Shown: one piece after another, positions 50,183 through 60,355 of the stretch
Position numbering within the stretch: the stretch's first letter is position 1
Layout of the letters: each line of letters starts with the position of its first letter
Source: Minisyncoccia bacterium
GTDB lineage: Bacteria; Patescibacteriota; Minisyncoccia; SW-4-49-11
DNA: 64,000 nucleotides
Direction: 5' to 3'
Assembly: GCA_044341565.1 (NCBI GenBank)
Contig: JBIIRM010000001.1
Span: forward strand, 74,527 to 138,526
The notes under the pieces: generated by a model
Told to the model about the DNA's origin: nothing
What the model saw: the letters and a program-made list of their open reading frames with translations, nothing else
Databases searched by the model: none
Position numbers and translations under genes: made by a program

Positions 50183-50437
50183 ATGGCAGAATTTACTATT
50201 ACATCTAAGACGAAAACTCGTACCCTAAAAGGTAAAGTAGTATCTACTGCTATGGAAAAAACTGTAATTGTAGCTGTGAATCGTACAAAATCAGATCCTT
50301 TGTATAAAAAGCGATATACCGTTACCAAGCGATATATGGCACATAATGAAAATGCAGATATTAAGCTTGGAGATGAAGTTGTGATTGAAGAGTCTCGACC
50401 ATTATCCCGACATAAGAGATGGGTAGTAATACAATAA
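50183..50437 (+). CDS. rpsQ: 30S ribosomal protein S17
   Basis: [20 protein letters not shown]. Confidence 0.97.
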   Translation: MAEFTITSKTKTRTLKGKVVSTAMEKTVIVAVNRTKSDPLYKKRYTVTKRYMAHNENADIKLGDEVVIEESRPLSRHKRWVVIQ

Positions 50438-50438
50438 T

Positions 50439-50807
50439 ATGATTCAGAAAGAGAGTAAATTAAAGGTAGCTGATAATTCAGGAGCAAAAATCATTGAATG
50501 TTTCAATGTTCTTGGAGGAACTCGCAAAAGATATGCTCAATTAGGAGATATTATTGTTGCTTCAGTAAAAAGTGCAGAACCCCGAGCAACAGTGAAAAAG
50601 GGAGATGTAGTGAAAGCTGTAGTTGTACGTCAGCGAAAAGAATATCGCCGAGCTGATGGATCATATATTCGATTTGATGAAAATGCAGCTGTTATTATTG
50701 GAGGGAATAAAGAACCAGTTGGAACTCGTGTATTCGGACCAATTGCTCGTGAAATTCGAGAAGCAGGATATATGAAAATTGTATCATTAGCACCAGAAGT
50801 ACTGTAA
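50439..50807 (+). CDS. rplN: 50S ribosomal protein L14
   Basis: [22 protein letters not shown]. Confidence 0.99.
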   Translation: MIQKESKLKVADNSGAKIIECFNVLGGTRKRYAQLGDIIVASVKSAEPRATVKKGDVVKAVVVRQRKEYRRADGSYIRFDENAAVIIGGNKEPVGTRVFGPIAREIREAGYMKIVSLAPEVL

Positions 50808-50819
50808 TAAGACAAGCAT

Positions 50820-51125
50820 ATGAAGATTCGAAAAAATGACACAGTTGAAGTTCTCTCTGGAAAAGATAAGGGAAAGAGAGGAAAAATCATCGAGGTAATA
50901 CCATCTCGAAACCGTGTTCGTGTTGAAGGAGTAATGCTCGTTAAAAAGCATCAAAAACCTCGCAAAGAAGGGGAGACAGGTTTAATTATTGAGAAGCCAT
51001 CAACTATTCATATGTCTAATGTTGCTTTTGTAGATACTGAAACTGGTACTCGAACAAAAGTATCATATAAATTTGTTGGGGACAAAAAAGTACGATATAG
51101 TCATAAATTGAATAAGGAATTATAG
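50820..51125 (+). CDS. rplX: 50S ribosomal protein L24
   Basis: KOW motif GKDKGKRG, IHMSNV. Confidence 0.97.
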   Translation: MKIRKNDTVEVLSGKDKGKRGKIIEVIPSRNRVRVEGVMLVKKHQKPRKEGETGLIIEKPSTIHMSNVAFVDTETGTRTKVSYKFVGDKKVRYSHKLNKEL

Positions 51126-51126
51126 T

Positions 51127-51666
51127 ATGTCAAGTTTGAAAAATCGTTATCAAGAATCACTTCGTCCAGAACTTATGAAAGAGTTTGGGATTAAGAATAC
51201 TTTTGCTGCACCTCAAATTGAGAAGATTACTCTCAATGTAGGAACAGGAAAGAATTTTCGTGATGTACAAAAATTTGAGAAGGTAAAGTCAATTTTGACA
51301 ACTATTTCTGCTCAACAACCAATTTCGGTAGCTGCTAAAAGTTCTATTGCTCAATTCAAGACTCGACAAGGAATGACAATTGCACTTAAGGTTACTCTTC
51401 GAGGAGAGAGAATGTATGATTTTCTTGATAGATTAATTTCTATTGCACTTCCTCGAACTCGAGATTTTCAAGGAATTGAATCAACTAAAATTGATGAGAA
51501 CGGAAATGTAAATTTTGGAATTAAAGAGCAAATTATTTTCCCAGAATTATCCAATGAGGAACTCGGAATTAATTTTGGATTACAGGTTAATATCACCATT
51601 TCCAATTCCAATAAGGAAAAAAGCCTTCATTTATTAAAATCAATGGGATTCCCATTTAAGCAATAA
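51127..51666 (+). CDS. rplE: 50S ribosomal protein L5
   Basis: [22 protein letters not shown]. Confidence 0.98.
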   Translation: MSSLKNRYQESLRPELMKEFGIKNTFAAPQIEKITLNVGTGKNFRDVQKFEKVKSILTTISAQQPISVAAKSSIAQFKTRQGMTIALKVTLRGERMYDFLDRLISIALPRTRDFQGIESTKIDENGNVNFGIKEQIIFPELSNEELGINFGLQVNITISNSNKEKSLHLLKSMGFPFKQ

Positions 51667-51676
51667 GAGTAGAAAT

Positions 51677-51862
51677 ATGGCAACAGAAGCACATATCGCA
51701 AAGTCCAAAAAGAAGCAGAAGTTTAGTACTCGTGGTGTTAATCGATGTTTTAAATGTGGAAGACATAGAGGATATATCCGAGATTTTGGATTATGCCGTA
51801 TTTGTTTCAGAGAACTTGCTTCAGAGGGATTAATCCCTGGTATTAAAAAATCTAGTTGGTAA
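51677..51862 (+). CDS. rpsN: 30S ribosomal protein S14 (zinc-binding type Z)
   Basis: RCFKCGR...LCRICFRE, 61 aa. Confidence 0.97.
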   Translation: MATEAHIAKSKKKQKFSTRGVNRCFKCGRHRGYIRDFGLCRICFRELASEGLIPGIKKSSW

Positions 51863-51875
51863 TTATAAGAATTAT

Positions 51876-52265
51876 ATGAATATGACTGACCCAATTGCAG
51901 ACATGCTAACCAGAATCCGTAATGCACAAGCGGTGAATAAGAGAGAGGTATCCATCCCTTACTCTAATCTTAAATTTGAAATTGCAAAATTATTAAAGAC
52001 TAAGAAATTTGTAACAGGAGTTACAAAAGTTGATCAAGAAAAAGGATTTCCTCTTCTTGTTATTGATCTTAAAAAAGATGGGATTAAGGGAATTGATAGA
52101 GTGAGTAAGCCAGGACGTAGAATTTATCTTGGAGCTCAGGAACTTCCAACACAATTTAAGTATGGAAAAGGAACTGTAGTGCTATCTACCTCAAAAGGAA
52201 TTATAGATGCTAATACTGCAAAAAGAGAGAATTTGGGAGGAGAAGTTATTTGTCAAATTTGGTAA
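51876..52265 (+). CDS. rpsH: 30S ribosomal protein S8
   Basis: DPIADMLTRIRNA, SKPGRR, STSKG. Confidence 0.98.
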   Translation: MNMTDPIADMLTRIRNAQAVNKREVSIPYSNLKFEIAKLLKTKKFVTGVTKVDQEKGFPLLVIDLKKDGIKGIDRVSKPGRRIYLGAQELPTQFKYGKGTVVLSTSKGIIDANTAKRENLGGEVICQIW

Positions 52266-52283
52266 TTAAGTAAGTATACGATT

Positions 52284-52820
52284 ATGTCAAGAGTAGGAAA
52301 AAAGCCAATTCAAATCCCAGAAGGAGTATCCATAGCATTACAAGATGGAGTATTGACTGTTACAGGTCCAAAAGGAGTATTATCTCAAGATGTAAAGCAT
52401 CCAGTAAGTTTTGAAATAGGAGAAACTGAAATTTTTGTAACTCCACAAGAGCAAATCAAGAATATTAGTGCTTTTTGGGGATTATATCGAGCTTTACTCC
52501 AAAATATGATTACGGGAGTAACAGATGGGTTTACCAAAAAACTTCGTATTGAAGGAGTGGGATATCGTGTAGCATTACAAGGACAAACTCTTGTATTGAA
52601 TCTTGGGTATTCACATCCAATTGAAGTAACAGCTCCAGAAGGTATTACTTTTGAAGTAGATAAAAATATTATTTTAGTAAAGGGTATTGATAAAACTATT
52701 GTAGGACAAGTATCTGCTAATATTCGGGCTACTCGACCACCAGAACCCTATAAAGGAAAAGGTGTGAGATATGATGATGAATTTGTCAGAATGAAAGTAG
52801 GTAAGAAAACATCTTCTTAA
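52284..52820 (+). CDS. rplF: 50S ribosomal protein L6
   Basis: MSRVGK, GVGYR, PEPYKGKG. Confidence 0.98.
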   Translation: MSRVGKKPIQIPEGVSIALQDGVLTVTGPKGVLSQDVKHPVSFEIGETEIFVTPQEQIKNISAFWGLYRALLQNMITGVTDGFTKKLRIEGVGYRVALQGQTLVLNLGYSHPIEVTAPEGITFEVDKNIILVKGIDKTIVGQVSANIRATRPPEPYKGKGVRYDDEFVRMKVGKKTSS

Positions 52821-52824
52821 ACAC

Positions 52825-52853
52825 TTGAAATAAGAAGATAAATGTGATAAAAT
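52825..52853 (+). promoter_or_regulatory. Internal promoter before rplR
   Basis: TTGAAA-17-TAAAAT with TG extension, overlapped by a 9-bp inverted repeat ATCTTCTTA/TAAGAAGAT. Confidence 0.55.
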
Positions 52854-52874
52854 AAGGATTATAATGCATATAGT

Positions 52875-53231
52875 ATGAAGGCAATTTTGGACAAACAGCG
52901 ACGATTAGCAAGAAGAAAAGTAAGAGTGAGAGGAAAAATCTCAGGGACCTCTACTATTCCTCGATTAGCAGTATCCAAAAGTAATACCAGTATATATGCT
53001 CAACTTATTGATGATATTAAGGGAGTTACTTTACTTGGACTACATAGTAAATCATTGAGCAAAGGAAAAAGTGTTACTATTACTGATGCTGAAAAATTAG
53101 GAGAAGCATTAGCGGTAGCTGCATTAGAAAAGAATATTTATCGTGCTATATTTGATAGAAGAGGACGAAAATATACTGGAAAAATCTCAGCTTTTGCAGA
53201 AGGAGCTCGTAAATCAGGATTAAGAATTTAA
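52875..53231 (+). CDS. rplR: 50S ribosomal protein L18
   Basis: PRLAV, IYAQLIDD, FDRRG..YTG. Confidence 0.97.
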   Translation: MKAILDKQRRLARRKVRVRGKISGTSTIPRLAVSKSNTSIYAQLIDDIKGVTLLGLHSKSLSKGKSVTITDAEKLGEALAVAALEKNIYRAIFDRRGRKYTGKISAFAEGARKSGLRI

Positions 53232-53232
53232 T

Positions 53233-53694
53233 ATGGCAAAGCAGCAACAACAATCAAGACAGCCAGAAAAGCGAGAATATGATCATAAAGTACTAGATAT
53301 AGCTAGAGTAGCCCGTGTTATGGCTGGAGGACGACGATTTTCTTTTCGAGCAACTGTTGTAATTGGAGATCGTAAAGGAAAAGTTGGAGTTGGAATCGGA
53401 AAAGGAGCTGATACCGCTATTGCAATTGATAAAGCTATTAATGCTGCCAAGAAAAAAATGGTACAAATTGATGTAAGTACCGGTACTATTCCGGTTGACG
53501 CCACTGCAAAATTTGGTAGTGCTCAAATTATTTTAAAGCCAGCCAAAGAAGGAAAAGGAATTGTAGCTGGTGGAGCAGTTCGAACTGTTGTAGATTTTGC
53601 TGGGATTAAGAATATTACCGCTAAGATGCTCGGAGGAAAGAATAAGCTCAATAATGCTCAAGCAACAGTAAAAGCTTTGTTAATGACTCAATAA
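53233..53694 (+). CDS. rpsE: 30S ribosomal protein S5
   Basis: RVARVMAGGRRFSF, GIVAGG. Confidence 0.98.
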   Translation: MAKQQQQSRQPEKREYDHKVLDIARVARVMAGGRRFSFRATVVIGDRKGKVGVGIGKGADTAIAIDKAINAAKKKMVQIDVSTGTIPVDATAKFGSAQIILKPAKEGKGIVAGGAVRTVVDFAGIKNITAKMLGGKNKLNNAQATVKALLMTQ

Positions 53695-53695
53695 T

Positions 53696-54160
53696 ATGCA
53701 TATTCATACATTATCACCACATCCATCACAAAAAACTCGTAAAAGAATAGGACGCGGAGGAAAGCGAGGTACTTATAGTGGAAAAGGACAAAAAGGACAA
53801 AAAGCTCGATCAGGAGCTAAAATTTCTCCTCTATTCACCGGAGGTAGTGCTGCTTTAGCTGGACAAGGAAGCCGAGTTATTCATAAAAGAAGAGGACAAT
53901 CCCCAGTACAAGGAGCTCATCGAATTGGGAATATAAAGGGTAAAACCGCCTATACTATTGTAAATATTCAGTCAATTGCAGCCCTATTTGATAATGGAGC
54001 TATTATTAATCGTGAAAGTCTATTACAGGTGAAATTAATTCGAAATAGTACTACAGATATTAAAGTATTAGCCAAGAATACTGGAGAAGCTATTGATAAA
54101 AAATTTGTATTTGAAAATATTGCGGTATCGAAGACAATACAGGATATATATAGTGCATAA
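53696..54160 (+). CDS. rplO: 50S ribosomal protein L15
   Basis: KRIGRG, G.GQKGQKARSG; divergent C-terminal half. Confidence 0.92.
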   Translation: MHIHTLSPHPSQKTRKRIGRGGKRGTYSGKGQKGQKARSGAKISPLFTGGSAALAGQGSRVIHKRRGQSPVQGAHRIGNIKGKTAYTIVNIQSIAALFDNGAIINRESLLQVKLIRNSTTDIKVLAKNTGEAIDKKFVFENIAVSKTIQDIYSA

Positions 54161-54217
54161 GCTATATATAGTTGAGGGAGCCTTTGTGATATAATAGATA
54201 AATGTTAAGATATAGAT

Positions 54218-55486
54218 ATGAAAAGATGGCTCTATATACCTCGAATACCAGAGCTTAGAAATAAACTTCTACTTGTATTTGGTATATTAATAATATATCG
54301 GCTTATTGCATCTATTCCTATTCCAGGAGTAGATACTGCTCGTATACAAGCTTTTGCTGATTCTAATCAGCTTGTAGGACTTCTTGATGTATTTTCAGGA
54401 GGAGGATTTTCTAATTTTTCTTTAGTAGCATTGGGTGTTGGGCCATATATTACCGCTTCTATTATTATGCAATTATTCACAATGGTAGTCCCATCATTGA
54501 ATCGATTATATAAAGAAGAAGGAGAACAAGGAAGACAAGTATTCAATCAATATACAAGAATGCTCACCGTACCACTTGCTATTGTGCAGGCAATGTCAAC
54601 ATTGACATTATTAAGAAGTCAAAATATTATTCAGGATATTACCAGCCTACAAGTCATTACTATTGTCGCTTTAATGACAGCAGGAAGTATTGGACTTATG
54701 TGGCTCGGAGAGATAATCACCAATCAAAATGTAGGGAATGGAATATCATTGATTATATTCGCAGGTATTATTGCGGGGCTCCCAACAACATTAAGTCAAT
54801 TTTTCTTAAACTTTAATAGAGGAGAGATTCCATTATATCTTGTATATACCGCTCTTACCTTAATTGTTATATATGCAATTATCTTTATTACTGAGGGACA
54901 GCGTAATATACCCATATCATATAGTAAAAAATCGCGAGGATCACTCGTTAATGCACAAGTTGACACCTATTTACCAATGAAAGTAAATCAGGCTGGGGTA
55001 ATGCCGATTATTTTTGCAGTATCTCTCGTATTATTCCCACAAGTTGTAGCTAATTTATTAGTACAAAGTAATATTTCTTGGCTAGCCTCAGGAGCTCAAG
55101 CAGTTAATACTTTCCTTTCTAATCAAGTAGCTTATGCTAGTCTCTATTTCATCTTTGTATTAGTATTTACCTATGTGTATACTACCATTGTTTTCGAACC
55201 AAAAGCAGTGGCTGAGAATTTACAAAAACAAGGAGGTTTTGTAACAGGAATTCGTCCAGGAGAAAAAACAGCTCAATATCTTCAATATGTATCCAATAGA
55301 ATTATTATTTTTGGAGCTGTATTCTTAGGTATTATTGCGGTATTACCATATATTGTTACTGGATTTACTGGCAATCAAGCATTAGCCATTGGAGGAACTA
55401 GTCTCTTAATCGTGGTATCTGTAATTCTTGAGACTATGAAACAAATCGACTCACAAATTATTGTGAGAGATTATGATAGTCTTTAA
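54218..55486 (+). CDS. secY: Preprotein translocase SecY
   Basis: ALGVGPYITASIIMQL, GNGISLIIFAGI, GIRPG, GGTSLLIVV. Confidence 0.98.
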   Translation: MKRWLYIPRIPELRNKLLLVFGILIIYRLIASIPIPGVDTARIQAFADSNQLVGLLDVFSGGGFSNFSLVALGVGPYITASIIMQLFTMVVPSLNRLYKEEGEQGRQVFNQYTRMLTVPLAIVQAMSTLTLLRSQNIIQDITSLQVITIVALMTAGSIGLMWLGEIITNQNVGNGISLIIFAGIIAGLPTTLSQFFLNFNRGEIPLYLVYTALTLIVIYAIIFITEGQRNIPISYSKKSRGSLVNAQVDTYLPMKVNQAGVMPIIFAVSLVLFPQVVANLLVQSNISWLASGAQAVNTFLSNQVAYASLYFIFVLVFTYVYTTIVFEPKAVAENLQKQGGFVTGIRPGEKTAQYLQYVSNRIIIFGAVFLGIIAVLPYIVTGFTGNQALAIGGTSLLIVVSVILETMKQIDSQIIVRDYDSL

Positions 55487-55505
55487 TATGGAGAATTACT
55501 AAAAC

Positions 55506-55522
55506 AGTAAAACTTATCCACA
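55506..55522 (+). repeat. 17-bp element containing a DnaA box, copy 1
   Basis: AGTAAAACTTATCCACA, identical to 61330-61346. Confidence 0.85.
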
Positions 55523-55590
55523 TAGATACAATAGTGTATAATCAATGAATATGGTATACTATTAAAAGAGAATAATAAATACACATTTTT

Positions 55591-57162
55591 ATGAAAAAAA
55601 TAAATTCAATATTAGGTATGGTCGTATTAATGACATCTTTGTTTTCCCCTCAGATAGCAGTATTAGCTCAGGGTATATCGAGTATGGATATAGATAACTT
55701 AACTCAAGAAGAATATGATAATCTAGTGAAAGAAAGAGAGCAACTTGAAAGTAGTCGGGGGGAGCTTCCAGAACCCCTATCACCAACTCCACCCACAGCA
55801 GAAGAGGTAGAGAGATGGATTAAGGAAAGCGAAGATAATCCCCCAGAAGAAATTCCATATATAAGTACATTAAAGGAAGAAGGTTTAAAGAATGCATCAC
55901 TAGGTAATTGCTTTGATGTATATAAATTTAATAATATACGACTAGGTATTATTGTGGATCAAAATGAATATCAGACAGGAGCAGAAGCTAAGCCAGGATC
56001 AGGTCTTATAAGATTTACAGGAAATATTGAAAATAATAATAATTATCCACTAGTAGATTTAAAGATAAAAGCTAAAATAGTTAAAATTGAACAAGAAGGT
56101 AATAAGAGAATAGTTAAGACAGTAGATGAAATAGTGATAAAAGATAATATAAGCTTAGCAAGTCAGGGAACACAGGAGATAGATGAATCATACCAACTAC
56201 CAATTAAGGCGGCTAAAGGAGACTATGAAATATTATTGTCTGTAGTTTCCAATGATCAGATTAGTGTAGCGGGATTAAGCTTTACAGATGATGTATATGC
56301 ATCTAAATTAAATTTTAAAATAGAAGGTGATAATACAGAAGAGATAATTATTAAACAAAAAGATATAACGATCAATGATGTTCCGTATAATAATTTATCA
56401 TTCAATCCTAAATATAGAGATAAAAGACCAGTTACAATCAAAGTACCGATACAGAACAATACAGATACAGATAAAGAAGTAGAAGTAGAATATGAAGTAT
56501 ATAGCTGGAGTGATGACATAGGGAAAATAAAGAAAGAATTAAAACAATTAAAAACAATAGCCAAGCAAGGTACAAGTATAGCAAGCTATACAATAGAAGA
56601 ACAAGCAGAAGCAGTATATTATATTAAAATAAAAGTTAGAGGTAATAATGTGCTCACAAATATGAGCTGGAAAAATATAGCAAATATAAGGTTTGTGAAT
56701 GAAGATATAAGTGAGCCAAGAATAGCTGCGGTAACATTAAATACTAGCCCATATAGTCCAGAAAAAGGTGATATACAGCTTTTAACTTGTATACATAATA
56801 CGAATGAGACTGAAGTGGAAACAATAGTAGAAAACACCATAAAAGATGAGAGTGGTAAAATAATAGCAAGTAGTGAATATAAAGGAACGGTTACAGGTCA
56901 AGTTGATGGTATATATACTCAATTGCCAAAAAATAAGAGATATAATACCTTAATGGTAACAAGTACAATTAAGGATAAAGACGGAAATATACTGAATACC
57001 GTTGACTTAAATTATGACTGTAAAGAATTAAACCCAAATCAATGTGGTCAGGGAAATACAAATGGTAGTATATGGGTATTATTAGGAGGATTATTAGTGT
57101 TAGGAGGGCTAGTGTTTGGATTTCGAGAATATAGAAGGAGAGCATTAAAGTCGATAAAATAA
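55591..57162 (+). CDS. Secreted, C-terminally membrane-anchored Ig-like protein (cassette protein A1)
   Basis: Signal peptide (..VLA|Q), acidic Pro/Glu linker, beta-rich domains, C-terminal TM with basic tail; paralog of 61404-62810. Confidence 0.8.
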   Translation: MKKINSILGMVVLMTSLFSPQIAVLAQGISSMDIDNLTQEEYDNLVKEREQLESSRGELPEPLSPTPPTAEEVERWIKESEDNPPEEIPYISTLKEEGLKNASLGNCFDVYKFNNIRLGIIVDQNEYQTGAEAKPGSGLIRFTGNIENNNNYPLVDLKIKAKIVKIEQEGNKRIVKTVDEIVIKDNISLASQGTQEIDESYQLPIKAAKGDYEILLSVVSNDQISVAGLSFTDDVYASKLNFKIEGDNTEEIIIKQKDITINDVPYNNLSFNPKYRDKRPVTIKVPIQNNTDTDKEVEVEYEVYSWSDDIGKIKKELKQLKTIAKQGTSIASYTIEEQAEAVYYIKIKVRGNNVLTNMSWKNIANIRFVNEDISEPRIAAVTLNTSPYSPEKGDIQLLTCIHNTNETEVETIVENTIKDESGKIIASSEYKGTVTGQVDGIYTQLPKNKRYNTLMVTSTIKDKDGNILNTVDLNYDCKELNPNQCGQGNTNGSIWVLLGGLLVLGGLVFGFREYRRRALKSIK

Positions 57163-57166
57163 GCAT

Positions 57167-59326
57167 ATGAAAAACCTTAAATATAACCATATGAAATATA
57201 TAGTAATACTACTATTATCCTTAATAGTATATATGTTACCTCAACAAAGTTCTGCAATATCCGTACCAGTTAATTATACAGATAGCTGGAATTATTATAG
57301 ATTACATAAAAGAGGTGGCTGTGGAGGTCCACCTGACTTTAAGGCGCAAACATTGTTTGGTATGAGTCTAGACAAACAATTTACTCTTCAAGCTCAAGGT
57401 ATTAGAAACTTAAATCAAAATGAGTCAGGAGCTGGAGATATCCCTGTTGGAACAAATTTGCTTGCATATAATGATAATGTAACCGGATCTTATTGGTACG
57501 CTCAAGTAGATAATGCTACTCCCCCCATGGACAATAATATATATAACTGGAATTATATGAGCAGTGGAGGAGATTGTTCAGGCGGTTATGAGGTGCAAAA
57601 TCAGATGCGAGGAGGGATAATAGGTCAAGTGGGGCATAGTATCTCAAGTAGTGATCCGAGTATTATAGATTGTGCTTCAGCACCTAATCTTAGTAGAGGA
57701 TGTACTACTAAAAGAGAAGGAGTTGCCACATTGACTGTTAGTTGGCCAGGGTCTGGTTCTTATTATGTCGAAAGGAATTACCAGTGGGGGAGTACTTTCC
57801 CTAAGATTACATATGAAGCGCAGGTATGTACAGTCACTGGATATACATTTGTAAGATATTCGGGGCGTGTACCTATAACAAAATGTTCTTGTCCTGCTGG
57901 TACAAATCAAAGAATCGTGTCAACTGGTCGTGTTGGTGGTCAAAGCGTGGTCTGTATAAGAAATTTGGGGAACGTCTTTACTGCAGCGGGAGGAGGGTAT
58001 GCAAGGGAGGGATGGGGATATTCCTTAAATCCAATAACCTATACTGTAAGAGTAAAGAATCCAAACCAAGCACCAACAGTAGCCTATACAGGAACAACAG
58101 GTATAGGATATAATACCGCAACAGCAAATTGGAGCTATAGTGATGTGGATGGAGATGCTCAAACAAATGCTGCAGTACAAATAGCTACTGATCCCGGCTT
58201 TACTAATATTGTATGGGGTGGATATGCTGGTACTGCAAGTAATATAGCAATATCAGGACTTATACCAGGGACAACATATTATCCACGAGTAGCAGCATAT
58301 AATCCAGTAAACGGATGGACAGGATGGTTAAATGGAGTAGCCTTTAGTACAAAAGTAAATAATCCACCTAATCTAGATCAATTAAGCTGTGGAGGAACAG
58401 GAACAGGATATACAACAGGTAATATAAATTGGAATTATACAGGTACAGATGAGCCAGGAGATGAGTTAGTATTAAAAGCAAAATGGAGAAGAGAAGGAGA
58501 AGTAGATTGGGTATGGGACAACTTACCATATAATACTAGAACAGGAAACATAGATATAAGTGGATTAATATCTGGATATGAGTATGACATACAAGTAAGT
58601 CTAAACGATAACCGCAATAGCAACTTAGGAGATAGATGGAAAGGATGTGGAAGATTTACAACCACAGAATATCCAGAACCTAGCGTAGATTTCAATTTAA
58701 AGAGTGGAAGTACAACAGTAGCAAAAGGAGAAACTTTAACAATAAAGACAGGAGATCCAATTAGTACAAATTGGAAAATAACTAATACAGACGGGTTGAA
58801 TCCTAGTAGTTGTGCATTAAGTACCGAAGGAGTAAGGACTATATTTAATGAAAGTGGTTTAGGGTTTGGACCAGACTCGAGACAAAACAATAATGTAGAA
58901 CCAGATAAAGCTGATCAAACATATACAATAAATCTTAGTTGTACAGGGAAGGAGGCAAAAGTTCCAAGATCAGTCAATGCAAATATTACATTAGTGATAC
59001 AAAGCTATCCGTTAATAAGTTGTAGAGTAGTAAATACTAAGGTAGTAAGTGCAGAGAGGCCAACAGCAGAAGTAGAAGGGACAATAGGGAATGCAAATCC
59101 ACAATATACATGGCGAATAAAAAGGACAATAGGAGAGAATTATGGAAGTCCAATAACAAGTGATAGTACAACACAAAAATTCACTCTAGATTATACAGGA
59201 TTAGGACTAGGGAAATACAATCCAGTCATAGAAGCAAAAGGATCATTAGGAAGAACAGCAGAGAAAACCTGTACTGGAGATATAACTAATTTTGGGGATA
59301 GATCTATTAGAGAAGTAGCTAAATAG
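57167..59326 (+). CDS. Secreted FN3/Ig-repeat protein with Cys-rich head (cassette protein B1)
   Basis: Signal peptide, FN3 motifs (W..SDVDGD, GLIPGTTYYPRV, GLISGYEYDIQV), no C-terminal TM. The start may be 57191. Confidence 0.8.
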   Translation: MKNLKYNHMKYIVILLLSLIVYMLPQQSSAISVPVNYTDSWNYYRLHKRGGCGGPPDFKAQTLFGMSLDKQFTLQAQGIRNLNQNESGAGDIPVGTNLLAYNDNVTGSYWYAQVDNATPPMDNNIYNWNYMSSGGDCSGGYEVQNQMRGGIIGQVGHSISSSDPSIIDCASAPNLSRGCTTKREGVATLTVSWPGSGSYYVERNYQWGSTFPKITYEAQVCTVTGYTFVRYSGRVPITKCSCPAGTNQRIVSTGRVGGQSVVCIRNLGNVFTAAGGGYAREGWGYSLNPITYTVRVKNPNQAPTVAYTGTTGIGYNTATANWSYSDVDGDAQTNAAVQIATDPGFTNIVWGGYAGTASNIAISGLIPGTTYYPRVAAYNPVNGWTGWLNGVAFSTKVNNPPNLDQLSCGGTGTGYTTGNINWNYTGTDEPGDELVLKAKWRREGEVDWVWDNLPYNTRTGNIDISGLISGYEYDIQVSLNDNRNSNLGDRWKGCGRFTTTEYPEPSVDFNLKSGSTTVAKGETLTIKTGDPISTNWKITNTDGLNPSSCALSTEGVRTIFNESGLGFGPDSRQNNNVEPDKADQTYTINLSCTGKEAKVPRSVNANITLVIQSYPLISCRVVNTKVVSAERPTAEVEGTIGNANPQYTWRIKRTIGENYGSPITSDSTTQKFTLDYTGLGLGKYNPVIEAKGSLGRTAEKTCTGDITNFGDRSIREVAK

Positions 59327-59341
59327 AAGAATATGGTGAGA

Positions 59342-59376
59342 AAAGGAGGAATATCTCTATAGGATATTCCTCCTTT
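59342..59376. terminator. Bidirectional terminator between B1 and the corA-like gene
   Basis: AAAGGAGGAATATC / GATATTCCTCCTTT perfect 14-bp inverted repeat. Confidence 0.85.
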
Positions 59377-59394
59377 ATGATATACTAAATACTA

Positions 59395-60294
59395 TTAAAT
59401 AACATCTTGTCTTCGGAAATAAATATAAAGACTAAGAGAAATGGTAATAGCAATTCCAACGGCTATAAAAAAAGCTGTATCATTATTGAGAAAATCCATT
59501 TTAGCATTAATACCAAGTAATCCAATAAACAGTGTTGAGGGAGCAAGTGTAGTAGAGAATGTGGTTAATGTCTTAATATTTTTATTTAATTTATGAGATA
59601 AGAGAGTTTGATTGGTCTGATCAAAGGCCTCAATAGCTTCTTTAAGATTTTCAGTAATATTCCAAATATGAATATTAGAAGACATTATATCGGTAATACT
59701 TTTTTGTTTAATAGAATTATCCGGAAAATATTGAGGGGTAAGCTTAAATGATGAATCAATGACAGATTTATGAAGCCGTATGGTTTTGCGAAAATCAAGT
59801 ACATCTCTTTTTACAATAGATATTTCAGATATCATATTTCTTTCATTTCCCTTAAAAATTTCCTCTTCAATAAAATCTATTTTCTCAGCAATACGATTAA
59901 GAGGTGTCATACAGGCATTTAGCATTATGGCAACTAAATATACATACAATTCAACAGGACTATCAAAACGAGAGGTTTTACCCTCTACATGGGCTATTAA
60001 ATCAGTAAGAAAATGTAATTCTGTTTTATGAGATGTAACAAAATATCCTTGACTTAATATACAGTCAACTTCAACTGCATTATTTTTACGCAATTTTTTA
60101 TCATAAAGAGGATAATGTAATACCACTGCCATATAATCAGGGAATTCTTCTAATCGCTGAAGATGAATGGGGGATTGTAATATTTTTTCAGTAGAGTGTT
60201 TAAGATTGATAATAGCATCTAAATTCTCAATATCACTTGGAATATCCGGATTAATATCTATCCAGACAAAATTTGAAAATTGAATTTTTTTCAT
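59395..60294 (-). CDS. CorA/ZntB family divalent cation transporter
   Basis: WIDI, long stalk helix, LN..IKTLT, two C-terminal TMs with a GIN signature, YFRR. Confidence 0.85.
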   Translation of the reverse strand: MKKIQFSNFVWIDINPDIPSDIENLDAIINLKHSTEKILQSPIHLQRLEEFPDYMAVVLHYPLYDKKLRKNNAVEVDCILSQGYFVTSHKTELHFLTDLIAHVEGKTSRFDSPVELYVYLVAIMLNACMTPLNRIAEKIDFIEEEIFKGNERNMISEISIVKRDVLDFRKTIRLHKSVIDSSFKLTPQYFPDNSIKQKSITDIMSSNIHIWNITENLKEAIEAFDQTNQTLLSHKLNKNIKTLTTFSTTLAPSTLFIGLLGINAKMDFLNNDTAFFIAVGIAITISLSLYIYFRRQDVI

Positions 60295-60355
60295 ATATAT
60301 ATTAAACTATACCTAGTATTAGTCTATCAAGTATATTGAAAAAGTCAATATTTAT

